Shown in pieces: positions 8,150 through 16,555 of a DNA stretch of 32,000 bases. The notes below the pieces were generated by a model. The model was not told where the DNA came from. It worked only from the letters and a program-made list of their open reading frames with translations, and did not search any database. The stretch's first letter is position 1. Each line of letters opens with the position of its first letter. The stretch comes from Faecalibaculum rodentium. Lineage in GTDB: Bacteria > Bacillota_I > Bacilli_A > Erysipelotrichales > Erysipelotrichaceae. A program made the position numbers and the translations under genes. The DNA lies in NCBI RefSeq assembly GCF_001564455.1, contig NZ_CP011391.1:2130001-2162000 (forward strand), in the 5' to 3' direction.

Positions 8150-8275
8150 ACGACAGTTTGGACAGACTGTCACCATCGGCAGGGGTTTGTTTGTGACCGG
8201 GGATCCGGGACTGTCATGAAGCGCAGCCTGCGGTCCGGTCTCCCTCTGTCGGCACAATCCGGCATGCACCTGTGT

Positions 8276-8306
8276 AAAAAAGAGAATGGCACAGTGTCCA
8301 TTCCCC
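8276..8306 (-). terminator. Intrinsic terminator after the EIIC reading frame
   Basis: Minus-strand GGGAATGG-N8-CCATTCTC, followed by TTTTTT. Confidence 0.75.
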
Positions 8307-8331
8307 GAAAGAAGCGGACTGTTCTGGCGAC

Positions 8332-9695
8332 TCAGTCCAGGTCGAAGTCCGAAAGACCGGTGTCCTCTGCTTCGTCGGCTTCCACACCCTGGTCATAGCG
8401 GTTGGCCACGATGACGAAGACTGACCAGATGGCCACGGCAATCACCAGGTTCACCAGTGCCGGCAGGCCCGCTGCCAGGCTTTAGCCTGTTGCCAGGAAG
8501 GCATACAGCACAGGCGGCACGACCCAGGGCACCACGAGGTGTGCATAGGGAACCCAGCCCGCGGCTGTCACGAGATAGGCAACGATTGTCAGTACCGCGG
8601 GCACCAGCAGCCAGGGAATGAAATAGATCGGGTTCAGCACAATGGGCATGCCGAAGACCACCGGCTCGTTGATGTTGAACACGGCCATTGGTGCGGACAT
8701 TTTGCACACAGCCCTGGAATCGGCCCGTTTCGAGAAAACCAGCACCGCAATGACCAGCGCCAGGGAGCAGCCGGCGCCACCCATCCAGACATAGGAGTCA
8801 AAGGAAGCACGGGTCCAGATGTATTCCATGGGCTTGCCCGCCTGGAAGAGGGAATCGTTCATGGTCAGGGCCGTCAGGTAGGTTCCGTCAATGACAGCAC
8901 CGAGGACATTCGTGCCGTGCAGGCCGAAGAACCAGAGCAGCTGGACGGCCAGGACAATGATCAGCACGGCTCCCAGGCCCTGGGAAAGACCCATGAACGG
9001 CATCTGCACGTACTTCAGGATCACATCGCCAATCGCCAGGCCACCGGTGAGTTCGGACACGATCCAGGCTGCGGCACCGCAGAGGTAGATTGCAATGACA
9101 CCCGGGATAATGGAGGCAAAGGCCTTGGAGACAGCGGGCGGCACGGAATCCGGCATCTTGATGGTGATCTTCCGGTTCATCAGCTTCGCATAGACAATGG
9201 AAGAAATCAGGCCCACAAGCAGCGCGGTGAACAGGCCCCTGGCATCCAGGTAGCTGTAGTTCAGGAATCCCCATCCCACAGCGTCGGCTCCCTCCGGACC
9301 GGCTTCTGCGAGCGTGGCCACCTGCGGGGTCACGGCAATGAAGGAAGCCAGGGAAATCAGGCCGCCGGCGAGGGTATCTGTCCTGTACATCTTCGAGATC
9401 TGGTACCCCAGGGCGAAGACGAATGCCAGGGACAGCATGGCAAGGGTGGCCCACCATACGTTGCCGTTGATGGTGATCAGCCACTGCAGTAGTCTGCAAT
9501 GTGCAGATCCGGCAGATAGCTGGTCGGAAGGTCGCGGACGAAGACATTGAACAGTGTGGCGATGGCGCCGGTCATGGTGATCGGCATGATGGCGATGAAA
9601 GCGTCACGAATGGCTGCAAGGAATTTGTTGGAGCCGATCTTCGCCGCTGCCGGGACGAAATGTTCTTCCATCCAGCTGGTGAATTTGTCAAGCAT
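8332..9695 (-). pseudogene. PTS EIIC (lactose/cellobiose family) gene disrupted by one frameshift and one in-frame TAA
   Basis: The N-terminus runs from the ATG at 9695 (RBS AAGGAGAG): MLDKFTSWMEEHFVPAAAKIGSNKFLAAIRDAFIAIMPITMTG...ADYCSG*. The protein continues in another frame as ...WLITINGNVWWATLAMLSLAFVFALGYQ... to LATG, where TAA occurs at 8482-8484. The same frame then stays open for 49 more codons (SLAAGLPALVNLVIAVAIWSVFVIVANRYDQGVEADEAEDTGLSDFDLD*). 1364 nt plus 1 nt gives 455 codons. Confidence 0.8.
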
Positions 9696-9733
9696 GTGGT
9701 TCTCTCCTTGATGGTTCAGCAGTCTAGTCAGGT

Positions 9734-9770
9734 CCGGCCTGTTGCCGGACACACCGGCCGAACAGGCCGG
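9734..9770 (-). other. Strong GC-rich hairpin in the EIIC 5' leader
   Basis: CCGGCCTGTT(cg)GCCGG-TGTGT-CCGGCAACAGGCCGG, 15 bp with a 2-nt bulge. Lies 39 nt upstream of the ATG. No U-tract follows. Confidence 0.5.
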
Positions 9771-9943
9771 AGTCAGGTCACAGATGACAGGCAGCCGGAC
9801 CGGATCGGCATGCCACGGGCAGTCAGTGTCTTCACGGGAATGCGGCTGATGGCCGCTGCAGCCGGGCTTGTCAGCCTGAAGACAGGAAAGGTGAAAGCCG
9901 CAGGGCCTCCGGCACCGGGAGCCGCGTCTGTCCTTCTGTTCAG

Positions 9944-9955
9944 TGGTATATACCA
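9944..9955. promoter_or_regulatory. Perfect palindrome TGGTATATACCA, candidate HutC-type GntR operator
   Basis: A 12-nt perfect dyad about 250 nt upstream of the EIIC ATG. It has the TGGT-N4-ACCA core known for DasR/NagR-type operators. The cluster encodes a HutC-subfamily GntR. Confidence 0.5.
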
Positions 9956-10163
9956 ATAGGACATCTGGCTGGCCGGTCCCTCTGTGCGGCGGACTCTCCC
10001 CCACCGGCCAGCGCCGATCCAGCAGGATGCAGCGCCCCCATGTCCCCTGGATCGTGGATCATGATAAAAAGACACGGTGTCTCTCCGCGCCTTGTGTCTC
10101 TCCGTGCCTTTTCTGAATCCTGCGAATCCATGATGCAGGACCTGCGTCTTTTGCGTCCGGGCT

Positions 10164-11351
10164 TCAGACCTCGACGAAACCGTAGATGTCCCCGGCTCCG
10201 ATTTCATCCAGGATCATGAGCTCGTTTTCATCAATGTGCCCCAGCAGGTTGCGCTGACCATCGTTTTTCATGTCCTTCATCACCACCTGGACTTCCCCGG
10301 CATAGTGTTTGCAGTTGTCATTCACCAGCACCACGTCGCCCTTGACAAACTTCTCGCGCTCACACACGCGCGGCGTGAAGTCACGGCCTTTGTACAGCAT
10401 CCGCCCCAGACGGCTGCGCAGCATGTAGTTCAGGCAGTCCCCCAGATCCACGTGATAGTTGAAGTTGAATACGGCGTCTTTCTCGTTCTGACTCAGACCC
10501 GGTTCCAGGTGCAGCTTCAGCGGGATCCGGCGGATCTGCCCATCCGGGAGCCAGTCGCGGATGATGTCCCCGAAGAAGGGATCCACGGCATCCAGGCTCT
10601 CCATCTTGGGATAGGCCTGCTGCATGGTCTCGGAAATCACCCCGAATTCCTCATCTGATGCAAAGGCGTTTCCGAAAATCGCCTCCGTGACGTTGTTCAT
10701 CGCCATCATGTGCTTGAGCTGGGACTCCACCGGAATATCCCGGTGTTCTTCCACCGTCGGCAGGCCATCGGATACAGGCCACGGACCGTGTGTGCCCGGC
10801 ACCTGGGAACTCAGGAACATCGCCGTGGAAATGCCCTGTTTTTTCAGTGCATCATTCGTGGCATCCACTGCCTCCAGCGACGGGCAGGTGTAGCGCTGGG
10901 GGTAGAAGTTGTGGCAGGTCAGGATATTGTCCGGATTGCCGCCAGCCTCGATGATGCCTTTGGTCAGGTCGCTCATGGATGCATTGAATTCGATCTTCAG
11001 ACCGTCTTTGTTGTTGACCAGGATCACATCCCGTTCATCCTTGAAGGGTCCGTCCATCCGCAGGATATCCAGTCCCATGTCCTGGAATACCGACAGGTCA
11101 TCGGCTTTGGCACCCAGGCGCCGGAAGAGTTCCCCGTTGCAGTCCCCGGATACCACCATGCCGTATTTGTGCGCCAGGTCCGTCAGTTCGCGGAAGTAGT
11201 GCACCAGTTCCTCTTTTGTGCCTTCCACGGAAAACAGCGAGGTGAAGACCTTCGTGAAGCCGTGCTCCGACGCTGTCTTGAGGTATCGTTCAATGTCTTC
11301 CCGGCTTTCCTGCTCGGGATACAGAGAAATTCCCAGTCTGATTTTTTCCAT
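10164..11351 (-). CDS. DUF871 / MupG-like family protein (paralog 2, longer)
   Basis: 395 aa from MEKIRLGISLYPEQ (RBS AAAGGAG). Shares TCHNFYPQRYT...GPWPVSDGLPTVEEHRD blocks with paralog 1. Confidence 0.8.
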   Translation of the reverse strand: MEKIRLGISLYPEQESREDIERYLKTASEHGFTKVFTSLFSVEGTKEELVHYFRELTDLAHKYGMVVSGDCNGELFRRLGAKADDLSVFQDMGLDILRMDGPFKDERDVILVNNKDGLKIEFNASMSDLTKGIIEAGGNPDNILTCHNFYPQRYTCPSLEAVDATNDALKKQGISTAMFLSSQVPGTHGPWPVSDGLPTVEEHRDIPVESQLKHMMAMNNVTEAIFGNAFASDEEFGVISETMQQAYPKMESLDAVDPFFGDIIRDWLPDGQIRRIPLKLHLEPGLSQNEKDAVFNFNYHVDLGDCLNYMLRSRLGRMLYKGRDFTPRVCEREKFVKGDVVLVNDNCKHYAGEVQVVMKDMKNDGQRNLLGHIDENELMILDEIGAGDIYGFVEV

Positions 11352-11654
11352 AGTGTCTTGTTTCTCCTTTGTGCCTGCAGACCGGCCCGGCATACTCGGG
11401 ATTCACCTGCAGGCACGTACACAGCTGTATCTTATCAGCGGGAGACCCTCGCGGCAGCCCTTTCAGCGAAATCTTCGCCGTAAACCGTTTCCGTGCGCTG
11501 TGCAGTGGAAGCCATGGTCCGGGGGTTTTGGGAGTGCCGATGGTGGAAGGAATGCTGATGGGGACTGTGACCTCCCGCCTGTCGATGGTGACAGAGCGCG
11601 TAGTGCAATCATCGGCAGGGACAGCCGGTTTGACAAAATGATAGGATGTATGGC

Positions 11655-12758
11655 ATGAACAGACAGACGCTTTTTCTGGGTATCACCCTGTTTTCCATGT
11701 TCTTCGGAGCCGGAAACCTCATTTTCTCTCCTTATATGGCGGCACAGGCCGGGTCTCTGACACCCGCTGCGCTGCTGGGATTTGTAATCACTGCTGTGGT
11801 CCTGCCGGTGTCGGCGATCGTCATCATTGCCCCCTATGGCAGTGCCTCGCGCATGATCAGCCGCCTCTGGAAACCCCTGGGTCCGGTGTTCCTGACTCTC
11901 GTGTACCTGCTCATTGGTCCGTGCATCGCGATTCCACGGACCGCCGGGACCTCCCTGGAGATGTGGACCTGGCTTATCGGCTCAGGATGGATGCCCCGGA
12001 TTCTGTATACTGTGGTCTTTTTTGCGCTGGCATCCCTGCTGGCCCTGCACCCCGGGAAACTCAAGGACATCCTTGGAAAGCTCCTGGGACCGGCGCTGCT
12101 GATCCTCATCCTGCTGCTCTGTGTCCCGGTTCTCCTCCACCCGGGGAACGTGGCACAGCCATCGGCAGAGTGGGCGGACCAGCCCTTTTTCACGGGACTG
12201 GAAGAAGGCTACCAGACGATGGACATCCTCGCGGCGTTCTGCTTCAGTGTGGTGATCCTGCTCAATATCCGCCAGGCGCATCTCAAGAACGTGAAACGGG
12301 CCCTGCTGTTCGCGGGCCTGACCGCCGGAGTGCTCCTGGCTGTGGTCTATACCCTGCTGGCGGTCTCCGCCATGAGCCGCAGCACCGTCCTCCAGCCACT
12401 GTCAAACGGTGCACAGATCCTCTCTGCCATGGCCCTGGAAACGTGGGGATCCGCGGGTCAGGTCCTTTGCGGTCTCATTTTCCTGCTTGCATGCTGCAAC
12501 GTCTGTGCCGGGCTCCTGGCTTCCTGCAGCGAGTATTTCTGCGAACTGCTCCCGGCCATCCCCTACCGCCTTTGGCTGGCGCTGTTTGCGGCTGCCGGCG
12601 CTCTGCTGGCCGTTACGGGACTGGATTCCATCCTCTCCTGGTCCGGACAGCTGCTGTCCCTGATCTGTCCAGTGGCGATTCTGCTGCTTGTCACGGGGCT
12701 GTTTCGTCGCCCTGTCATGGGGCAGGATCCGAACGGGTCTGCGGTTTCTGAAAAATGA
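11655..12758 (+). CDS. brnQ: Branched-chain amino acid transport system II carrier (LIVCS family)
   Basis: LFSMFFGAGNLIF signature near the N-terminus, EGYQTMD block, about 10-11 TM segments. The ATG at 11655 has better AGGA spacing than the one at 11646. Somewhat short (367 aa) for the family. Confidence 0.8.
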   Translation: MNRQTLFLGITLFSMFFGAGNLIFSPYMAAQAGSLTPAALLGFVITAVVLPVSAIVIIAPYGSASRMISRLWKPLGPVFLTLVYLLIGPCIAIPRTAGTSLEMWTWLIGSGWMPRILYTVVFFALASLLALHPGKLKDILGKLLGPALLILILLLCVPVLLHPGNVAQPSAEWADQPFFTGLEEGYQTMDILAAFCFSVVILLNIRQAHLKNVKRALLFAGLTAGVLLAVVYTLLAVSAMSRSTVLQPLSNGAQILSAMALETWGSAGQVLCGLIFLLACCNVCAGLLASCSEYFCELLPAIPYRLWLALFAAAGALLAVTGLDSILSWSGQLLSLICPVAILLLVTGLFRRPVMGQDPNGSAVSEK

Positions 12759-12769
12759 CCCGATATGTG

Positions 12770-12806
12770 GCTCCGGTGTGCCGATGATGGCAGCCGGGGC
12801 TTTTTT
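12770..12806 (+). terminator. Intrinsic terminator after brnQ
   Basis: GCTCCGG-N17-CCGGGGC (7 bp including one G.U), followed by TTTTTT. Confidence 0.6.
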
Positions 12807-13249
12807 GTCTTCTGCCGATGCAGGCAGCCAGGCGGGGCTCCATCCGGGCTGCGGCAGGCTATCCGTTCATCTGGATCACGGCTGTTTTGACGTCATTTTC
12901 TTCTGGTGTCCGGGGTGAATGGATGCCGGAGGACAGAGGCAGCTTGTGATACATCCGTCACTTTCGGGGTCAGTGATCTGTCACGTTTTTGTGAGGTGCA
13001 GCGGCATGGCCGGCAGTTACCGAAAGACTGCTGCCGGTGGCATGGTGCGTCTGGTCTGATCCGCAGCCAATATCGTTGTCACATTTCGTTCACCTGTGAT
13101 TTCGTTGTTGACAGAATGTTGTTGCCGGGCTGCTTCCCGGATGGTAAGACTGGTATACGACGCAAAGGAGACCATGCCGGCACACATACCGGCAGCCATC
13201 TGAACCGGCCAGGGCCCCCTGCGATCCGGCTGTACCATTGGACTCAACG

Positions 13250-13289
13250 AAAAAAAGCGCAGCTGCTTCCGGACGGAAACAGACTGCGC
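13250..13289 (-). terminator. Strong intrinsic terminator after the ABC permease
   Basis: Minus-strand GCGCAGtCTGTTTCC-GTCC-GGAAGCAGCTGCGC (about 14 bp, one bulge), followed by T7. Confidence 0.8.
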
Positions 13290-13305
13290 GCAGACTGCAG
13301 AGACC

Positions 13306-14898
13306 TCAGATCTGGTTTTCCAGGAACCTGGCCACCACTGCCGGCCCTTTCAGGATCATCCAGAGATCAATGAGTGCGAAGATGCCAATCCAGGCTGCCG
13401 AATACCAGAAAATGTGTTCGGCCCATCCAAACAGGATCAGCGGGAGGACCGCCAGGAGAATGACGACCCAGGAGACAAACATTTCAATCATTGCCGTAAA
13501 GTTGTTCTTCACAGCCCCTGTGTCATCGTCCCAGATCAGGTGCGGATGCCAGCCATCTGTCAGCAGCCCCAGGCCATTGACAAATACATTGGTCACCAGG
13601 GACCCTGCACTCATGAGCAGGACATCCAGCAGATCCGCCTTCAGCAGCCACGCTCCCACGAGAATGAAGAGTTCGCAGCCTGCCGACGACCACAGAAAGC
13701 CCAGCAGCCCCCGGCTGAGGATCTGGGTGCGCATGGACACGGGAATCACCTTCATGCGCCACAGATTCTGTCCTTCCCTGGAAAAAGTGGTGGAGGTGAT
13801 CATGCTCATGGACCCCACAAAGAGTCCCGTCATAATGCCAATGGCCGGCATCCAGGGCGTGAGATCCGGCAGGTCAATGTCTGCCAGCAGGGCAGGCACT
13901 CCCTGGATCAGGAATACGGCGGAGAAAATGATCACGATCAGGAAAGACGGCAGCAGGCAGTTCATGAACCAGGCAGGGGTCCGCAGCAGCATTCGGTTCT
14001 CCACCAGCAGGCAGGCCAGCCACGCCGGATGCTCCTTCTCGATTCCCCTGCTTCTGGCTTTCCGGGTCGTGCTGCCCATGTTCGTGACAGCCGGCAGAAA
14101 CAGCTTCCGGGCCGTGAACATGAACAGTGCCAGGCCCAGCAGCGTCACACCCAGATAAAGGCACAGGTCAGAGATGCCCAGGGTCGTGACGGAACGGGCT
14201 GCCCAGGCAATCTGCGGGAAGACATAGTTGATCAGTGCCAGATCCTCCGGATTGCTCATCAGTTCTGCCATCATGTCCGGATTGGCCCCGAAGCTGGAAC
14301 TCAGGGTGGAAATGCCCACCGCCACGATCAGTGTCAGGATCCCGAACACCAGATTGAAGCGGTCCTTGTTTCGAAGGGCAGGCACCACATACATGAGGAC
14401 CATCATGACCAGTCCAAGGACAAACACCGGCAGCAGCGGCAGGGTCACCAGAACTAGCAGCGAGACCAGGATCTTCAGGATATCCGGATGCACCGTCCAG
14501 TACGCCGCAAAGATGGGGAGTGCCATGACGGTGCCCACCAGTACCTGGCTTGTGAGGATCATGCCGGTTTTTGCCAGGACGATGGAGTCTGCCGTGACAG
14601 GCAGCGGAAGCAGCAGGTCTGTGTCCCTGGAGAAATAGAAGACCGTGGGCACGACCATCAGGGCCATGACCGCTGTCAACGCACAGGGAATCAGCATGCC
14701 TGCTTCCATCATGAGTGTATCCAGCATTCCCTGACGGAAGGCATCCAGGAAGGACATATACAGCATGCCCAGGGTCGGGACAAAGCACAGGGCCAGTACG
14801 ACCATGAGCACCACGCCGCGCCTGCCCTTCTTCGTCTTCAGGTCCAGCGTCATGCTGTTTTTGAACAGCACCTTGAACAGCAGCCAGGCTTCAGACAC
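13306..14898 (-). CDS. Large polytopic ABC-exporter permease (about 12 TM)
   Basis: About 530 aa from the GTG at 14898 (GGAGG 9 nt upstream), overlapping the ATPase stop by 8 nt. Highly hydrophobic with repeated TM segments. Immediately downstream of an ABC ATPase. Confidence 0.7.
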   Translation of the reverse strand: MSEAWLLFKVLFKNSMTLDLKTKKGRRGVVLMVVLALCFVPTLGMLYMSFLDAFRQGMLDTLMMEAGMLIPCALTAVMALMVVPTVFYFSRDTDLLLPLPVTADSIVLAKTGMILTSQVLVGTVMALPIFAAYWTVHPDILKILVSLLVLVTLPLLPVFVLGLVMMVLMYVVPALRNKDRFNLVFGILTLIVAVGISTLSSSFGANPDMMAELMSNPEDLALINYVFPQIAWAARSVTTLGISDLCLYLGVTLLGLALFMFTARKLFLPAVTNMGSTTRKARSRGIEKEHPAWLACLLVENRMLLRTPAWFMNCLLPSFLIVIIFSAVFLIQGVPALLADIDLPDLTPWMPAIGIMTGLFVGSMSMITSTTFSREGQNLWRMKVIPVSMRTQILSRGLLGFLWSSAGCELFILVGAWLLKADLLDVLLMSAGSLVTNVFVNGLGLLTDGWHPHLIWDDDTGAVKNNFTAMIEMFVSWVVILLAVLPLILFGWAEHIFWYSAAWIGIFALIDLWMILKGPAVVARFLENQI

Positions 14899-15610
14899 GA
14901 CCGGTGACCTCCAGGAAGATTTCCTCCAGTGTTTTGTCCGCATACTGTTCCTGCAGCTGCTCGAGGGTGCCGTCATACTTCAGTTTTCCCTGGTTGATGA
15001 GCAGGATGCGGTCGCAGAGCTTTTCCGCCACTTCCAGCACGTGTGTGGAGAAGAATACCGTTTTGCCCCTGGAGGCGTGTTCCTTCATTTTCTGCTTGAG
15101 GATCCAGGCGGCCCCGGGGTCCAGGCCCGTCATGGGCTCATCCAGGATCCAGATATCCGGGTCGGACATCAATGCCCCGATGATGATGGCTTTCTGCCGC
15201 ATGCCATGGGAGTAATCCGACATCCGGGTATCCAGCGCGTCTGTCATTTCGAATTCAGCCGCCAGTTTTTCCAGACGCTCCCTGCGTTCTTCGAGACTGA
15301 CCTTATAGACATCCGCCATAAAGTCTGCATATTCCCGTCCGGTCAGCCGAAGCAGCAGGTCGGGAGAATCAGGCACGAATCCGAAGGTGCGCTTCGCCTC
15401 CAGCGGCTGTGTCTGGATGTTCTTTCCATCCAGCGTGACAGACCCCGCATCGGGCTTGAGCACCCCGGTGATCATGCGGATGAGGGTGGTTTTGCCCGCT
15501 CCGTTGGGTCCGATGAACCCCGTGATTTTGCCCGACTCCACATGGGCAGTAAAATCCGACACAGCGGTTTTGTCACCGTAGGTCTTTGTAGCATTCTGAA
15601 TATCGATCAT
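14891..15610 (-). CDS. ABC transporter ATP-binding protein
   Basis: 239 aa. Walker A GPNGAGKTT, signature-like YSHGMRQK, Walker B IWILDEP. Confidence 0.9.
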   Translation of the reverse strand: MIDIQNATKTYGDKTAVSDFTAHVESGKITGFIGPNGAGKTTLIRMITGVLKPDAGSVTLDGKNIQTQPLEAKRTFGFVPDSPDLLLRLTGREYADFMADVYKVSLEERRERLEKLAAEFEMTDALDTRMSDYSHGMRQKAIIIGALMSDPDIWILDEPMTGLDPGAAWILKQKMKEHASRGKTVFFSTHVLEVAEKLCDRILLINQGKLKYDGTLEQLQEQYADKTLEEIFLEVTGRV

Positions 15611-15662
15611 GGCTCACAATCAATCCTTTCCGTCGGGATTCACCAGGAATCCGGTATCAGTA

Positions 15663-15678
15663 TGTCACATTTGTGACA
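15663..15678. promoter_or_regulatory. Perfect inverted repeat TGTCACA-tt-TGTGACA in an AT-rich intergenic region
   Basis: A 7-bp-arm dyad 53-68 nt upstream of the ABC ATPase ATG (15610), within the only AT-rich stretch of this cluster. Confidence 0.45.
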
Positions 15679-15802
15679 AAAAGTGTCTTAAGATTTCATT
15701 GAATTCTGATTTTTCTGTATTTTTTGATATATCCGTCTTTTTCTGCATCTTCCAGGCCTGCATCCGGAAACAGTCCATGGCTGCCTCCCTGCTTTCCAAT
15801 AT

Positions 15803-16555
15803 CTATTCCAGGTCAAATCCACGGCTGTAGACAAAGCCGCCGAGCAGGATCAGCAGCAGGTCCATCATGCCATAGCCGGCCACCAGGGTCTTCATCATGG
15901 TCATAAACACCGAAAGCTCCATGGTATCCTGGGATACCATGCCGTCCGGTCCCGCCACCATCAGTGCCAGCAGCACCTGGATCACGATGACCGTCACATA
16001 CAGCAGCACGCCCCATAGTACGGACATCCCCAGTCTCGACCCGTGACGCTTCAGACCCAGAGCCATGCCTGTCATGCCGCAGATCCAGTCCAGGATCATC
16101 TGGAATTCCGCCGCCAGAATCATCACCCAGATCAGCATGTGACCAATCTCGGGATTCTGTCCGATCAGGGCCTGGATGTTGTCCATGATGACCTGCGGCG
16201 CGAGAATGCGGATCGAAAGAATCGCGGTGGCAACAGACAGGGTGATGAAGAGCAGGCCACACAGGATGAAGGACATCCAGATGCGGCTGTCTGCGACCGG
16301 CAGACTGTGCATCACATATGATTCGGGCTTGAAGTTGTTTCGGTAAAAGCTCAGCCAGCTGGCGAGGACAGTGACAATCACCGCCGCTGCCACAACCAGA
16401 ACTGTCACAAACGAAGCGTATCCGCCGAGTGTCATCATGACACCGGAACCGGAATTCAGCAGCAGCCGGCTGCAGCCGGCCAGTATAAGGCTGGCCGCGT
16501 ACAGCGGCAGCAGTGGTCTGGCCAGTTTTGCCAGCTCATACTTCAGAAGTTTCAT
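15803..16555 (-). CDS. Integral membrane protein, probable permease partner of the upstream ABC ATPase
   Basis: 250 aa with about 6 hydrophobic segments. ATGA overlap with the ATPase gene. Confidence 0.65.
   Translation of the reverse strand: MKLLKYELAKLARPLLPLYAASLILAGCSRLLLNSGSGVMMTLGGYASFVTVLVVAAAVIVTVLASWLSFYRNNFKPESYVMHSLPVADSRIWMSFILCGLLFITLSVATAILSIRILAPQVIMDNIQALIGQNPEIGHMLIWVMILAAEFQMILDWICGMTGMALGLKRHGSRLGMSVLWGVLLYVTVIVIQVLLALMVAGPDGMVSQDTMELSVFMTMMKTLVAGYGMMDLLLILLGGFVYSRGFDLE

Noticed and set aside
8482-8484. Possibility that the in-frame TAA in EIIC reflects stop-codon reassignment or programmed read-through.
   Set aside because: TAA terminates neighbouring intact genes at positions consistent with their families (DUF871 paralog 1, DUF3284-like, ilvN). 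The same gene also carries a frameshift. Pseudogenisation is the simpler reading.
9696-10004. N-terminal 103 codons of the tracked 175-aa ORF 9477-10004(-).
   Set aside because: The sequence is noise-like (MGESPPHRGTGQPD...). The EIIC homology, with a strong RBS, begins only at the ATG at 9695.
11394-11654. T-box or other riboswitch upstream of brnQ, and likewise upstream of ilvB.
   Set aside because: I could not find the conserved T-box sequence (AGGGTGGTACCGCG-like) or a terminator/antiterminator pair by eye. The ilvB leader is too short for one. An Rfam scan would be needed to be certain.
13017-13247. Tracked 76-aa minus-strand ORF, and the 155-aa plus-strand ORF 12906-13373, in the gene-less region.
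   Set aside because: Neither has an RBS, both have non-ATG or weak starts, their composition is unlike local genes, and they overlap terminators. I treated the region as non-coding.
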